Counted from the first letter of the stretch, positions 20,400 to 30,674 are shown. The stretch is 64,000 nucleotides of DNA from an uncultured Acidobacteriota bacterium (GCA_963810205.1 CAWEMP010000014.1:49588-113587); one strand, 5' to 3'. Made by a program: numbers and translations. Notes: generated from the letters alone by a model not told the origin.

Positions 20400-21338
20400 A
20401 TGTTCGGACGGCGACATCCACTGGCAATGCTGGTCGCGGCGAGCCTGACCTTCGCCGGAACGCTGGCCGCCCAGGAGGGAGCCGGCGCCGCCGTCGCCGA
20501 GCCTCGATCCGAGGCTCAAGGCGCCGCCTTCCGGTGGACCGACCCCGACGGCAAGCCGCTGCCGTTCCATTCCGACGAAGAGCTGCTCGTGTTCCTGGCC
20601 GCCGCCGACGTGAAGTCGGAAAAGCGCGTCACCGGCGGCGTGACGTTCCCCACCAAGATCCTGCTCGAGAAGGACGGCATCCGCTCCGACGCCATCTTCC
20701 GCGACATCAACGAGGACAGGTCGACACCGACATTCGGCGGCGGCCGGGACGACCTGTATTTCCGCGACAACTACATATACGAGCCCGCGGCCTATCAGCT
20801 GAGCCTTCTCCTGGGCTTCGACAACGTACCGCCCGCGACCCTGCGCAAGATGGACGGCAAGAGCGGGAGCGTGCAGATCTGGGTCGAGAACGCCATGACC
20901 CCGAAATCGATGGCGAAGCAGAACCTCCAGGCGCCCGACCCGGTGCAGTGGAACAAGCAACTGCAGATGATCAACGTCTTCGACGCTCTCATCTACAACA
21001 CCGATCGCAACAGCGGCAACCTTCTCATCACGCCCGACTGGAAGATCTGGATGATCGATCACACCCGGGCTTTCCGCCGTCATCCCCGCCTCCAGAAGCC
21101 CGACTCGCTCAATCAGTGCGAGCGCGGCCTCTACCAGCGGCTCAAGACGCTGGATGAAGCGGTCGTCCGCGAGCGCCTGAAGCCCTATCTCTCGCCCTAC
21201 GAACTGGACGCTCTCCTGGAGCGGCGCAAGCTGATCGTCGAGCGTCTGGACAAGCTCATTGCCGAGCGCGGCGAAGACAAGGTGCTGTACAACTACACTG
21301 CGGCCGTCGCTCCGGCGCAACCCGGGAACCCGCAGTAG
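20400..21338 (+). CDS. Exported atypical kinase-fold protein (PI4K-II / HipA / Fam20-like motifs)
   Basis: GGGAGG RBS, ATG 20400, Sec-type signal ending LAA; GGVT loop, AIFR, YEPAAYQLS, VPP, GSVQIW, NTDRNSGNLL, IDHTRAF. Confidence 0.72.
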   Translation: MFGRRHPLAMLVAASLTFAGTLAAQEGAGAAVAEPRSEAQGAAFRWTDPDGKPLPFHSDEELLVFLAAADVKSEKRVTGGVTFPTKILLEKDGIRSDAIFRDINEDRSTPTFGGGRDDLYFRDNYIYEPAAYQLSLLLGFDNVPPATLRKMDGKSGSVQIWVENAMTPKSMAKQNLQAPDPVQWNKQLQMINVFDALIYNTDRNSGNLLITPDWKIWMIDHTRAFRRHPRLQKPDSLNQCERGLYQRLKTLDEAVVRERLKPYLSPYELDALLERRKLIVERLDKLIAERGEDKVLYNYTAAVAPAQPGNPQ

Positions 21339-21362
21339 GGATCCGCGCCGCGGAGGCGCCGG

Positions 21363-24146
21363 TCAGTCGACCGACGCCGCCAGCTGCCTCTTTGCGGCGC
21401 GCGCCGTCTCGCGCAGGAGCTCGTCCTCGGCATCGAGGCAGGCCTCGACCTGTTCAGCCAGCTCGCGCAGGCCGAGGGCGCCGACGGAGGAGATTCCGCA
21501 GGCCTTGAGCCACGGGTCGTCGCTTTCGACCAGAGCGACCACCAGCTCGCGGGCGGTCGGCTCCTCCGAGCCGGTGCGCCGCAGGATCGGAACGACGCGC
21601 TCGTCCAGAGGCGCGGACGGATCGAGCAGCGACACGAGGGTCTTGCGCAGGTCGCGCTCCAGAGAGAGATCGAGAAACTCGAGGGCGTGGTCGCGGCCCG
21701 TGGGATCGCTCGAGCGCAATCCGTAGTGGGCATTGCGAAAGTCGGTGTCCGGATAGAGGAGGCTCAGGAGCCGGAAGATGCGCTCGATCTCCTGGTCGTG
21801 GCTCGCCTCCAGCCGTCGCTGGACCTCGGTCGGCTGCGCGGCTCCGGGCAGGGAGTCCTTCCCGCGGCCGGCGACGGCCAGGATCTGGTTCGTGCGGCTG
21901 TGGAGCATCATCTCGAAGCCGAGGGCCGCGCGAAGGCGGAGCGGGTCGATCGCGGTGCTCGGGTGCTCCTTGCGGACGTCGTTGAGGGCGCAGATCGTGC
22001 GGAAGCGCATTTCGGGCTGGCTCTCGAGCAGGTTCTCTTCGAGGGCGCTCGCCGCAGCGTGGTTGCCGATGCGCGCCAGGACGGCGGGAATCTCGAGGCG
22101 GCTCGAAAGCGGAGCGTCCCCATCGGTCAGCTGGTCGCGCAGGAGGCCGAGGACCCGGTCGCCCATGGCGACGAGCGCGTCCGCGGCCTCGTCCCGCACT
22201 CGCGCGTCGCTCAACAACCCGATCAGCTTCCCGGCCACCCGCCGCTTGCGCAGCTTCCCGGCCGCGCGGGCCGCCGCCCGCACGACGTCCGGGTCGTCGT
22301 CGGAAAGGAGAGCCTCGAGCTGGTCGTCGAAGCCGTCGCCCAGAATTCCGACCAGGGCCGCGGCTTCGAGCCGCGCGCCTTTGCCCGCCTCCCCGCGCTG
22401 AGCGATCATCCGGTCCATCAGCATCCCCGCCTCCGGGACGCGCTCGCGGTCGCCCGAGCGCGCGAGAAACGTGACGATCCCGGAAGCCACCGACACGTCG
22501 TGAAAATCCTCGAGGTTCTTGATCCGCGTCAGCGGATCCGCGGGTGCATGGTGATCGAGAAAGAGGAGGGCCGCCGAGCGAACGTCTCCGTCCGGATCGC
22601 TCAGCATCTCCTCGACGCGCGGCAGGGCCCAGAGGTCGCCGGCCGCGTCGAGCAGCTCGAGGGCTCGCCGGCGCACCGCGGGCGACTCGTGACCGAGCAG
22701 GTCGCGCACGCCCGGCGGGGCCTGGGGACTCTGCGGGGCGCCGAGGATCTCCAGCGCGTAGAGGATCTGCTTCGGATCCGGGGAGCTCAACTGCGTCGCC
22801 AGGATGTCGGCGGTGGACCGGTCGAGCACCGGGGCCAGTTGCCGCTCGGCGTCGAAGCGCCGCTGACGGATGCTGTCGAGCAGCGTGCCCGCGTAGCGCC
22901 GGCGCGCCACGACGGCGGCCGCGATCCAGCCGCCGACGAAAACGAAGTTGACGAGCGAGACCTTCTGCGCCGACCAGTGGAGCCGGTCGGTGAAGATCGC
23001 GAGCGTGAAACCGGCCAGGCCGTCGCCGAGCCGCCAGATCACGGTGTCGATGGCGGATTTCGCCTGCAGTTTGATGTCCGGGGGTATCGGCAGATAGAGC
23101 AGCTCGACCGACGACTTGTCGAGCGAATAACGCACGACCGAGTCGCCGCCCTTGAGCAGGATCGCCGCCCCGAGCGTGCCGAGAAGCAGAACCGCCATCT
23201 CGCTGCCGAGGAGCCCCAGCGGCACGATGAGCAGGGCCGGCCCGAGGCCGAAGCGGCGCAGGAACCTGGACGTCAGCAGGAGCTGGAGCGCGAGGCAGGC
23301 GAGGCCCGCCCAGAAATTGAACTGCCCGAAGAATGCGGTCAGGGCGTTCTTGTCGGGGTAGGCGGCCTTGGCGATCGCCTTGAACTGCCAGCCGGCGAAG
23401 CAGGTCGCGATCGACGACAGCGTGATCAGGGAAGCGATCGAGATGAGGTACGGGGAGGAGAAGACGACGGCCATCCCCTCCCTCAGGCTCTTCGAGGGCG
23501 GCTCCGCGTGGGGCGTTTCGCCTGCCGGCAGGGACGCCCCCCTCTCGCGCCACAGGACGACGACGAGCGCGGCGCAGCCGACCAGGGCGACGGACATCGC
23601 GAGAAGGACGCTCTCGGTGCCGAGCCCCGGGGTCTTGGCGAGGGTCTCGGCGAGGAGACCCGAGAAAATCCAGCCGGTGATGCCTCCCGCGCCGACGAGG
23701 CCGAAGATGCGCTTGGCCTCGCGAGTCGTGAGCAGATAGTTGGCGAGCGTCCAGACCTGCGTCGGCGCCAGGACGCCGAGAATTCCGACCCAGATGTAGA
23801 ACACCGGGTACTGCCAGGTGAGGTCCGGCCGGAACTTCGCCAGGTACCAGAATCCGACCTGCAGGGCCGCGAAGAGAAGCAGGCAGCCGACGAGCAGGTT
23901 GCGAAGGACGACGCGGCGACCGATCGCCACGTAGGCGGCGATCACCACCCCCACCGACAGGGCGATCGCCATGTCGGCATAGGGGAGCTTCGAGGCCTTG
24001 AATACGCTCAGGAACAGCGCGTCGCGCGCGGTCTTGCCGAGCTGGTAGCAGGTGATGATCATGAAGAGATAGAGGAAGAGCATGGCGCCGCGTCGTCCGT
24101 CGCCACGCTGGAGGTTGAAGAGCCGTGCGAGCGGATTCGACCTCAT
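21363..24146 (-). CDS. Npt1/Npt2 (TLC/NTT) nucleotide transporter fused to HEAT repeats
   Basis: About 12 TM helices with KTARDALFLS, FYIWVG, WTLAN...REAKRIFG, RYSLDKSS.ELLYLP, KSAIDT...RLGD, followed by ~500 aa of HEAT-like repeats. Confidence 0.85.
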   Translation of the reverse strand: MRSNPLARLFNLQRGDGRRGAMLFLYLFMIITCYQLGKTARDALFLSVFKASKLPYADMAIALSVGVVIAAYVAIGRRVVLRNLLVGCLLLFAALQVGFWYLAKFRPDLTWQYPVFYIWVGILGVLAPTQVWTLANYLLTTREAKRIFGLVGAGGITGWIFSGLLAETLAKTPGLGTESVLLAMSVALVGCAALVVVLWRERGASLPAGETPHAEPPSKSLREGMAVVFSSPYLISIASLITLSSIATCFAGWQFKAIAKAAYPDKNALTAFFGQFNFWAGLACLALQLLLTSRFLRRFGLGPALLIVPLGLLGSEMAVLLLGTLGAAILLKGGDSVVRYSLDKSSVELLYLPIPPDIKLQAKSAIDTVIWRLGDGLAGFTLAIFTDRLHWSAQKVSLVNFVFVGGWIAAAVVARRRYAGTLLDSIRQRRFDAERQLAPVLDRSTADILATQLSSPDPKQILYALEILGAPQSPQAPPGVRDLLGHESPAVRRRALELLDAAGDLWALPRVEEMLSDPDGDVRSAALLFLDHHAPADPLTRIKNLEDFHDVSVASGIVTFLARSGDRERVPEAGMLMDRMIAQRGEAGKGARLEAAALVGILGDGFDDQLEALLSDDDPDVVRAAARAAGKLRKRRVAGKLIGLLSDARVRDEAADALVAMGDRVLGLLRDQLTDGDAPLSSRLEIPAVLARIGNHAAASALEENLLESQPEMRFRTICALNDVRKEHPSTAIDPLRLRAALGFEMMLHSRTNQILAVAGRGKDSLPGAAQPTEVQRRLEASHDQEIERIFRLLSLLYPDTDFRNAHYGLRSSDPTGRDHALEFLDLSLERDLRKTLVSLLDPSAPLDERVVPILRRTGSEEPTARELVVALVESDDPWLKACGISSVGALGLRELAEQVEACLDAEDELLRETARAAKRQLAASVD

Positions 24147-25474
24147 CGCGCCGTCCCTCTCACTTCCGCGAGGCCGGGCCGCCGACCTCGCCCGAATGAC
24201 GCGGCGGCCGCCTTCTCATGCGACGGCTGCCAGATCACCCGGCGCGGCTCGCCGGCATAGATCCCGCTCACGACCCCATCGGCGATCTCGAGCGCGGAGC
24301 CCTTGCCCCCGGGGAAGTAGGTCGAGTCGAGCATTCCCGTGTCGATCAGGAAGACGGCGCCGTCGAAACGTGCTCGGATGCGCGCCTGTTTCTGAACCGT
24401 GTGCCCGACCACGAAGCGCTCGACGCCGGCGCCCGTCAGGAGCATCGGCATCTCGGCCTCGCCCTGGGCGTCGTTCCACTCGCTGTATCCCCGGAACCAG
24501 AGGGGCCCGTCGGGGGCGTTCATCGTCCAGCTCGCCCAGTCGAGAAAGTGCTCGTAGACCGCGCGCCGCTCGGCGTCCGCGGCGGGCGGCGTGTAGGTCT
24601 TGCCCGCTCGCTCGGCGGCGGCTTGCGCCGCGGCCCCGGCGGCCGACAGCGCCTCGAGCTCTTCGCGGACCGCTCGCGTCATCTCCCCCAGGTCGTCGAA
24701 AGGCAGGATCAGACCCTCCGCGACGAAGCGCTGCTTGTCGGCGTCGAACCGGGAGAGGTCTTCGTGCACGCGCCGGTCGATCTCCTCGAGCGACGTCCCG
24801 GCGAAAGCCGGCGAGATGCCGCCGTGCAGGAAGGCGGTGTTCTCCGCCACGAAGCAGGCGGACCGTCCGCGCAGCCAGCGACCGTAGGCGCCGTCGGGGC
24901 CGAACGCTGCCTGGTGCTCGAGGAATCCGGGCGGGTGCGCCTGGAGCCAGGCCTCGCGGGCCTGGGGACCGGAAGGGGGCCCCGGCAACCCGAGCCGCCG
25001 GGCGCGCCGCTCCCGCAGATCCAGAACCTGGCGCCAGGCGTCGGCCCGGCGCGTCTCCGATCCGGCGTCCGCGAACTCGGCGTAGTTCGCCGGAACGACG
25101 TAGCGCAGATCGCCGGTCATGTTCATGACCTCGTGGTTGCCGAGCAGCGAAACGACGCGTCCGCCGCGTTTCGCGGCGGTCGTTTCGAGCTCCATGACGA
25201 AATCGAGCGTGCCTCGCATGCTCGGTCCGCGGTCGATGAGGTCGCCCACCTGGACCAGCAGGGTTTCGCCGCCTGCCCAGACGCCCGCCGCGTCGAGAAC
25301 GCCGGCCTCCGTGAGGATCGCTCGGAACCCGGCGAGATCACCGTGGACGTCGCCCACCGCCACGATGCGCGGCGCCGCGGCCGCGGCCGCGGCGAGGCCG
25401 AGCGCGAGGCCGACGGCGAGGGAAATCCCGAGCCCCCGCCGGTGGAGGAAGAATCGGACCCGGGTGGAGCCCAT
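24143..25474 (-). CDS. Exported calcineurin-like metallophosphoesterase (Shewanella-like PPP phosphatase)
   Basis: Signal peptide; GDVHGD, GDLIDRG, GNHE, HGG, GPLWFRG, GHT, IDTG. Its stop overlaps the NTT start (ATGA). Confidence 0.88.
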   Translation of the reverse strand: MGSTRVRFFLHRRGLGISLAVGLALGLAAAAAAAPRIVAVGDVHGDLAGFRAILTEAGVLDAAGVWAGGETLLVQVGDLIDRGPSMRGTLDFVMELETTAAKRGGRVVSLLGNHEVMNMTGDLRYVVPANYAEFADAGSETRRADAWRQVLDLRERRARRLGLPGPPSGPQAREAWLQAHPPGFLEHQAAFGPDGAYGRWLRGRSACFVAENTAFLHGGISPAFAGTSLEEIDRRVHEDLSRFDADKQRFVAEGLILPFDDLGEMTRAVREELEALSAAGAAAQAAAERAGKTYTPPAADAERRAVYEHFLDWASWTMNAPDGPLWFRGYSEWNDAQGEAEMPMLLTGAGVERFVVGHTVQKQARIRARFDGAVFLIDTGMLDSTYFPGGKGSALEIADGVVSGIYAGEPRRVIWQPSHEKAAAASFGRGRRPGLAEVRGTAR

Positions 25475-25598
25475 TGCGGGGAATTCTATCGAGTCTGGCG
25501 ACGCTCGCCACGCCTGAACTCGGAAACATCGCGCTTACGACTGATTTCGGCGGGTACCTCGGCTGGCAGGTCGACATGCCGGTCCAGCCGGCCGAGCG

Positions 25599-26267
25599 TC
25601 ACACCTTCTTGACGTAGATCTCGCCGGCGATCGCGGGATCCACGGCCACGACCGTCTCGCCGAGGGCGAGAACGAAGGCGGGCAACTTCTGGCGCACGCG
25701 CACGTGCGTCCCCGGAACGATCCCGAGGTTCGTCAACTGCGCGAGGCGCTCGCGCTCGCGCGGGACGATGTAGACGATGCGCCCCTCGCCGCCCGCCGGA
25801 AGCCGGTCGAGGGGCTGCACGAGAGGCTCGATCGTCTGCGAAAGCTCGTGACAGCAGGGTCCTTGCGGGATTGGCTTGCCGTGCGGGCAGGAGCGCGGGT
25901 GCCCGAGAAAGGCGCAGATCGCGTCGGCGAGCCCCGCGCCGAGGACGTGCTCCATGACGCAGGCGGTCCGGTTGACGGCCGAGTCGTCGCGGACCTCGAG
26001 GACGGTCGTGAACAGCACCTCCGCCAGCCGATGGCGGCGCACCTGGCGGCTGGCGAGCGCGCGCCCCTCGGAGGTCAGCGCGAATCGGCCCGCCTCCATG
26101 CGCACGAGCCCGCGTCTGGACAGCTCGGCCAGCGCGGAGTCGAGCACGGCCACCTCGCTCGAAGCACGCAGGTCCTCAATGCGGTCGAGGCCCCGCTCGC
26201 CGAGCGTCCAGAGCTCCTCGGCGACCTCCTCGATGTCCTGGTCGGCCAGGTCGGGGTGCAGGATCAT
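25599..26267 (-). CDS. DtxR/MntR-family metal-dependent regulator with a C-terminal FeoA domain
   Basis: ATG 26267; LTSEGR.LA...VRRHRLAE, ACVMEH, LGHPRSCPHGKPIP, then FeoA-like LTNLGIVPG. Confidence 0.9.
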   Translation of the reverse strand: MILHPDLADQDIEEVAEELWTLGERGLDRIEDLRASSEVAVLDSALAELSRRGLVRMEAGRFALTSEGRALASRQVRRHRLAEVLFTTVLEVRDDSAVNRTACVMEHVLGAGLADAICAFLGHPRSCPHGKPIPQGPCCHELSQTIEPLVQPLDRLPAGGEGRIVYIVPRERERLAQLTNLGIVPGTHVRVRQKLPAFVLALGETVVAVDPAIAGEIYVKKV

Positions 26268-26512
26268 GGATGCCTCCGTGCGCGCCAGAGCGCCCGGCGC
26301 AGGAAATCGACGATTCGCGAGGACCTCGGGAACTGGAATCCGCAGTTCGGGCAGCGGACGAGCTCGCAGCCCGTCTGCATCGGGCAGGTGCCGCACACGA
26401 GGCCGCCGTGCGTGAACCGGTTCCCGCAGAGACCGCAAACGAAAGTGCTCGCGTCCCCCGGCGGCGCCGGGTGCGCGGGCAGCGGCGTGAAGGGGGTCTC
26501 CTCGGGCCTCAT
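26264..26512 (-). CDS. Small Cys-rich protein (82 aa), putative Fe-S or Zn-binding Feo accessory
   Basis: MRPEETPF...CGLCGNRF...CGTCPMQTGCELVRCPNCGFQFP; ATGA-type overlaps with both feoB and the regulator. Confidence 0.8.
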   Translation of the reverse strand: MRPEETPFTPLPAHPAPPGDASTFVCGLCGNRFTHGGLVCGTCPMQTGCELVRCPNCGFQFPRSSRIVDFLRRALWRARRHP

Positions 26513-28483
26513 TGGAGTGGCAGTCGCGCCGCGCGCAGCAGGAGGTTCAACGCGGCTCCCACCGCAATCGCGAAGGGAAAGACGAAGGCGGCGATCGCCC
26601 CGGCCGTCTTCCAGCCGCGCTCCTTGACGATCATGAAGAAGTTGGCGATGCAGGGGAGGAAGAGCGTGATCGTGACCATCGCGACGAGCGACTGAACGGG
26701 GTCGATGCGGCCGTGACGGGCCATGTCGAAGAGACCGGCCGCCCCGAAGTCGCGCCGGAGGAAGCCGACGACGAAGGCGGGCGCCGTCTCGGGCGGCAGA
26801 CCGAGCACGCCGGTCACGACCGGCCGCGCGGCCCGCTCGATCCAGCCGATCAGGCGGAGACGGTCCGCGACGAAGAGGACCGCCGTGCCGAGGACGAAGA
26901 GTGGAACGGCCTCCCGCAAATACCACTCGATACGGGCGAGCGTCTTGACGAGAAGATTGCCGGGCCGGGGCACGCGCAGGGGCGGCAGCTCCAGGACGAA
27001 GTCGCCGCTCTTTCCCGGAAGCACGCGCGCCGCGAGCCTGCCCACCACGAAGAGCACGGCGAGAACCACGAAGGCCCAGATCGCCAGGGCGAGCCCCGAG
27101 AGCCCCCCGAGCATCGCGAGAATGACCGTCAGCTGCGCCGAGCAAGGAACGCCGAGCGCGAGCAGCAGAATGACGATGAGCCTCTCCTTGGGCGTCTCGA
27201 GGATCCGCGTCGTCAGGGTCGCCATCGTGTCGCAGCCGAGCCCGAGCACCATCGGGAGCACGGCCTTGCCGTTCAGGCCCATCGACTTGAAGATGCGATT
27301 GACCATCACGGCCAGGCGCGGCAGGTAGCCCGAATCCTCGAGGATCCCGAAGGCGATGAAGAACGTGCCGACGATCGGCAGGACGAGGGCGAGCGAGTAG
27401 GCGAGCGCCATCGTCACGAGGCCGTAGGGCCCGACGAAGAAGTCCCGCGCGAGCGGCCACGGAACGACCGCGTCGGCGAGCCGGGTCGCCGCCGGGCTGA
27501 CGAGCTTTCCGAAGAAGCCGTTCTCCAGCAGATCCACGAGCGTCTTCGCGCCGAAGACTCCCACGAAGAGATAGGAAAGATAGAGCGCCGCGAGCAGCAC
27601 CGGCACCCCCAGGACGGGATGGGTCGTGGCGACGTCGAGCCAGCGCTGGAGCGGGCGGATCGGCGAGGCGGCCGGTTCGCGCCGCGTCGCGACCTCCCGG
27701 ACGAGCTCCCCGGCCGCGCGTCGGCGGGCGTCCTGCACGACGTAGGCGATGTCTTCGCGGTAGAAGCGGCGCAGCCGCTGCCTGACCTCCTCGAGCCGCG
27801 CGAGCGCGTCGTCGGGCATATGCGCGCGCAGCCAGGGCGTCAGTGTCTGGTCCCCCGCCAGCGCCGCGAGCACCAGCGCCCGCGGGGAGAAGGGCGCCGC
27901 CGGCATCAGGTGCACCGTCGCGTCGACGGCCCGCTCGATCGGATCGGGATAGACGACGCGGAAGGGCGACGGCCGAGCTCGCTCGATCGCCGCGGAGAGT
28001 CGATGAATCCCCTCGTGCCGCACGGCGACCGTCTCGACGACGGCCGCGCCGAGGCGCCCCGCGAGCCGCTCCGCATCGATGGCGAAGCCGCGGGCGCGAG
28101 CCTCGTCCATCATGTTGAGGCAGACGACGAGGGGAAGGCCGGTCTCGGCGACCTCGAGGGCGAGGGCGAGCGCCCGCTCCAGGTTCTTCGCGTCCCCGAC
28201 GAGAACGACCGCCGCGGGTCGCGTCGACAGGAGAATGTCGCGGGTCACGCGCTCGTCTTCCGAGAACGGGAGCAGCGAGGCTGCCCCCGGCGTGTCGCGA
28301 ATGACTGCCTGGCGGCGGCTCCCGACCGCCATCGTGCCCTCCGTCACCTCGACCGTGGTGCCCGGATAGTTCGAAACCGTCACGTACTTGCCCGTCAGCC
28401 CGCCGAAGAGAGCGCTCTTGCCGACGTTCGGATTGCCGACGAGCACGATGCCGCCAGCCTCCGCGCAGGCCGCTCGAGCTCAT
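26509..28483 (-). CDS. feoB: Ferrous iron transporter FeoB; start uncertain (ATG 28483 with a 1-nt indel, or GTG 28446)
   Basis: GNPNVGKS, NYPGTTV, DTPG, NMMDEA, LEDSGYLPR, GLGC, VPCS, LELPP, FLPCIA. Confidence 0.93.
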
Positions 28484-28630
28484 TCGCGCACGATGATCGT
28501 TGGCGCGAGCCGAAGGACGCCCGGCGGCAGGAGCGGCGAAATCACCCGGAGATCGTCGGCGTCGGTACGGCGATCCACACTGCGGCGAGCCGCTGACCGG
28601 GCTCCGTCGGTGTCGAATCCACGCTCGGAC

Positions 28631-29188
28631 CTACAGCCGGCCGGCTCGGGGCTCCGGCTGATCGACCGCCAGGCCCGGCAGCCGCTCGCGGAGGGTGTTC
28701 GAGACGTGGCACTTCCAGCAGACGCGCTGGTGGGTGTTGAGCACACGCCCGAGGTTTTCCGCGGACACGTCGCTCCACTCGATCGTCTCGCGGCCCGGCG
28801 TCAACAGCGCGGGCTTGTGCTCGACCCAGTGGACTTCGCCGATGTTCCGCCCGCAAAGAGCGCACGTCGAGCCGCGGTACCAGTCGACGAGGGTGGTCCG
28901 GACCATGCACTCCGCCGGCGCCGCCGCGACCTCCGACAGGCACTGCTGGCCGCAGTCCCCGCGCTCGGGCCATTCCGAGCACGACCGGATGCGCAGCTCC
29001 GGATCGTTCGCCGCGATGCTCTTCGTCGCGTGGGCGATGTCCAACTTCACGGCCGCCGGGCCTTTCGTCTGAGGGCAGGTCACGACTCGCGTTCCATGGT
29101 GCTTCAACCAGGTCCGCGCTCCGAGCAGTACGAGCGGAATCAGCGAAAGGACGAAGACGATGCCGACGAGGAGGAGGATCGTGCCCAT
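28631..29188 (-). CDS. Membrane-anchored Cys-rich hypothetical protein
   Basis: GAGGTG RBS; N-terminal TM helix, VTCP, CSEWP...CGQQC, CALC, CWKCH. Confidence 0.78.
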   Translation of the reverse strand: MGTILLLVGIVFVLSLIPLVLLGARTWLKHHGTRVVTCPQTKGPAAVKLDIAHATKSIAANDPELRIRSCSEWPERGDCGQQCLSEVAAAPAECMVRTTLVDWYRGSTCALCGRNIGEVHWVEHKPALLTPGRETIEWSDVSAENLGRVLNTHQRVCWKCHVSNTLRERLPGLAVDQPEPRAGRL

Positions 29189-29310
29189 GGGCCACCTCGG
29201 ATCGAGGTTACACGTCCGGCGGCGACCGGCTCATGATGCGTTTGCACCAGGCGCATGGCTCGGACCGCCGCGGTCGTGGTATTTGAGACCGGACGTAGGG
29301 GCGAACGGTC

Positions 29311-30582
29311 ATGGCGACGCGTCCGGAGATCTGGCTGGCGGCGGGGTTGCGAACTCCGTTTCTCCGCGTCGACGGGGCCTTCGCCGGCCGAGACGCGCTG
29401 ACCCTCTCGGTCCCCGTCGTTCGGGCGATGGCGCAGGAAACGGCCGGACCCATCGACTTTGCCATATGGGGCTCCGTGGTGGTCAACCTCGCCTACAGCA
29501 ATCTCGCGCGCGAGGTCTGGCTGGAGGCGGGCCTCGACCCCCACGTCCCGAGCTTCACGACCATCCTCCAATGCAGCACGAGCATGGTGGGCGCCTTCGA
29601 GGCCGCCGGTCTGCTCGCGCTCGGCGGGCATGCGCTGGCGATCGCCGGTGGCGTCGAGAGCATGAGCCGGGTGCAGATCGGCCTCGCGCAAGACCTGTCC
29701 GACGCGCTCCGCCGGCTCGGACAGGCGCGCGGCCTCCAGCGCAGGCTCGGAGTCGTCCGGGGGCTCCGGCTGCGGGACCTCAGGCTCTACGTGCCGGAGG
29801 TCAAGAACCGCGCCACGGGCAGGAGCATGGGAGAGCATTGCGAAGAGATGGCCAGCGCCTGGAAGATCGGGCGCCGCGCGCAGGACGAGCTCGCTCTGAA
29901 GAGCCACCAGAGGACGATCGCCGCCCAGGATGCCGGCTTTTTCGACTCGCTCATCGTGCCGGTCGACGGCGTCTCGCGCGACGCCTTCCCGCGGCGCGAC
30001 ACGTCCATGGAGAAGCTTGCGGCGTTGAAGCCGGCCTTCGACCGGGGCAGCGGCCAGGGCACGCTCACGGCGGGCAACAGCTCGCCGTTGACCGACGGCG
30101 CCGCCGCGCTCTGGGTCGCGACCGAGGATGGGCTCTCGCGTCTGCCCGCGGCGCTGCCGCGCGCCCGGCTCGTCGACTTCGAGATCGCATCGGTCGACCT
30201 GTTTCACGAGGGGCTCCTCATGGCGCCCGTGGCCGCGATTCCGCGAATCCTCGCGCGCCAGGGTCTGCGCTACGCGGACGTCGCGCTGTGGGAGCTCCAC
30301 GAAGCCTTTGCCGCCCAGGTGCTCTGCAACGTCGCCGGTCTCGAGGACCCGGAGTACGTTCGCGAGAAGGCGGGCGTGCCGCACACCTTCGGCCCCTTCC
30401 CCCACGAGCGCGTCAATCCGAGGGGCGGCAGCATCGCGATCGGCCACCCCTTCGGAGCGACCGGCGCCCGGATCCTGAGCCACGCGGTCAAGGAGCTCGC
30501 GGCGATGCCTTCCGGGAGCCGCGCGGTCGTGAGCATCTGCGCGGACGGCGGCGAGGGCACGGTCGCGCTGCTCCAGATCTGA
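29311..30582 (+). CDS. Acetyl-CoA C-acyltransferase (thiolase, FadI-like)
   Basis: RTPF, QCSTS, GGVESMS, TAGNSSPLTDGA, HEAFAAQ, GHPFGATG, CADGG. Confidence 0.93.
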   Translation: MATRPEIWLAAGLRTPFLRVDGAFAGRDALTLSVPVVRAMAQETAGPIDFAIWGSVVVNLAYSNLAREVWLEAGLDPHVPSFTTILQCSTSMVGAFEAAGLLALGGHALAIAGGVESMSRVQIGLAQDLSDALRRLGQARGLQRRLGVVRGLRLRDLRLYVPEVKNRATGRSMGEHCEEMASAWKIGRRAQDELALKSHQRTIAAQDAGFFDSLIVPVDGVSRDAFPRRDTSMEKLAALKPAFDRGSGQGTLTAGNSSPLTDGAAALWVATEDGLSRLPAALPRARLVDFEIASVDLFHEGLLMAPVAAIPRILARQGLRYADVALWELHEAFAAQVLCNVAGLEDPEYVREKAGVPHTFGPFPHERVNPRGGSIAIGHPFGATGARILSHAVKELAAMPSGSRAVVSICADGGEGTVALLQI

Positions 30583-30603
30583 CGCCGCGCCGCTTCGCCG
30601 GCG

Positions 30604-30640
30604 CAAAAGAGAAATCCCGCCGCCCGGTCGGGCGGCGGGA
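30604..30640 (-). terminator. Rho-independent terminator between the convergent thiolase and collagen-like genes
   Basis: 12-bp stem TCCCGCCGCCCG/CGGGCGGCGGGA (30615-30640), followed on the minus strand by TTTCTCTTTTG. Confidence 0.8.
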
Positions 30641-30674
30641 CTGCCGAGACAGGTTTCGCTCTGCGCCCGTTCCG

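Noticed and set aside
28480-28620. Short ORF upstream of feoB (…DRRTDADDLRVISPLLPPGVLRLAPTIIVRE) as feoA or a leader peptide
   Set aside because: No clear FeoA similarity or RBS, and the nearby indel makes the frame uncertain.
28700-28725. CWKCH as evidence for a c-type cytochrome
   Set aside because: A single motif among many other Cys, with unknown topology; a zinc-binding site is equally plausible.
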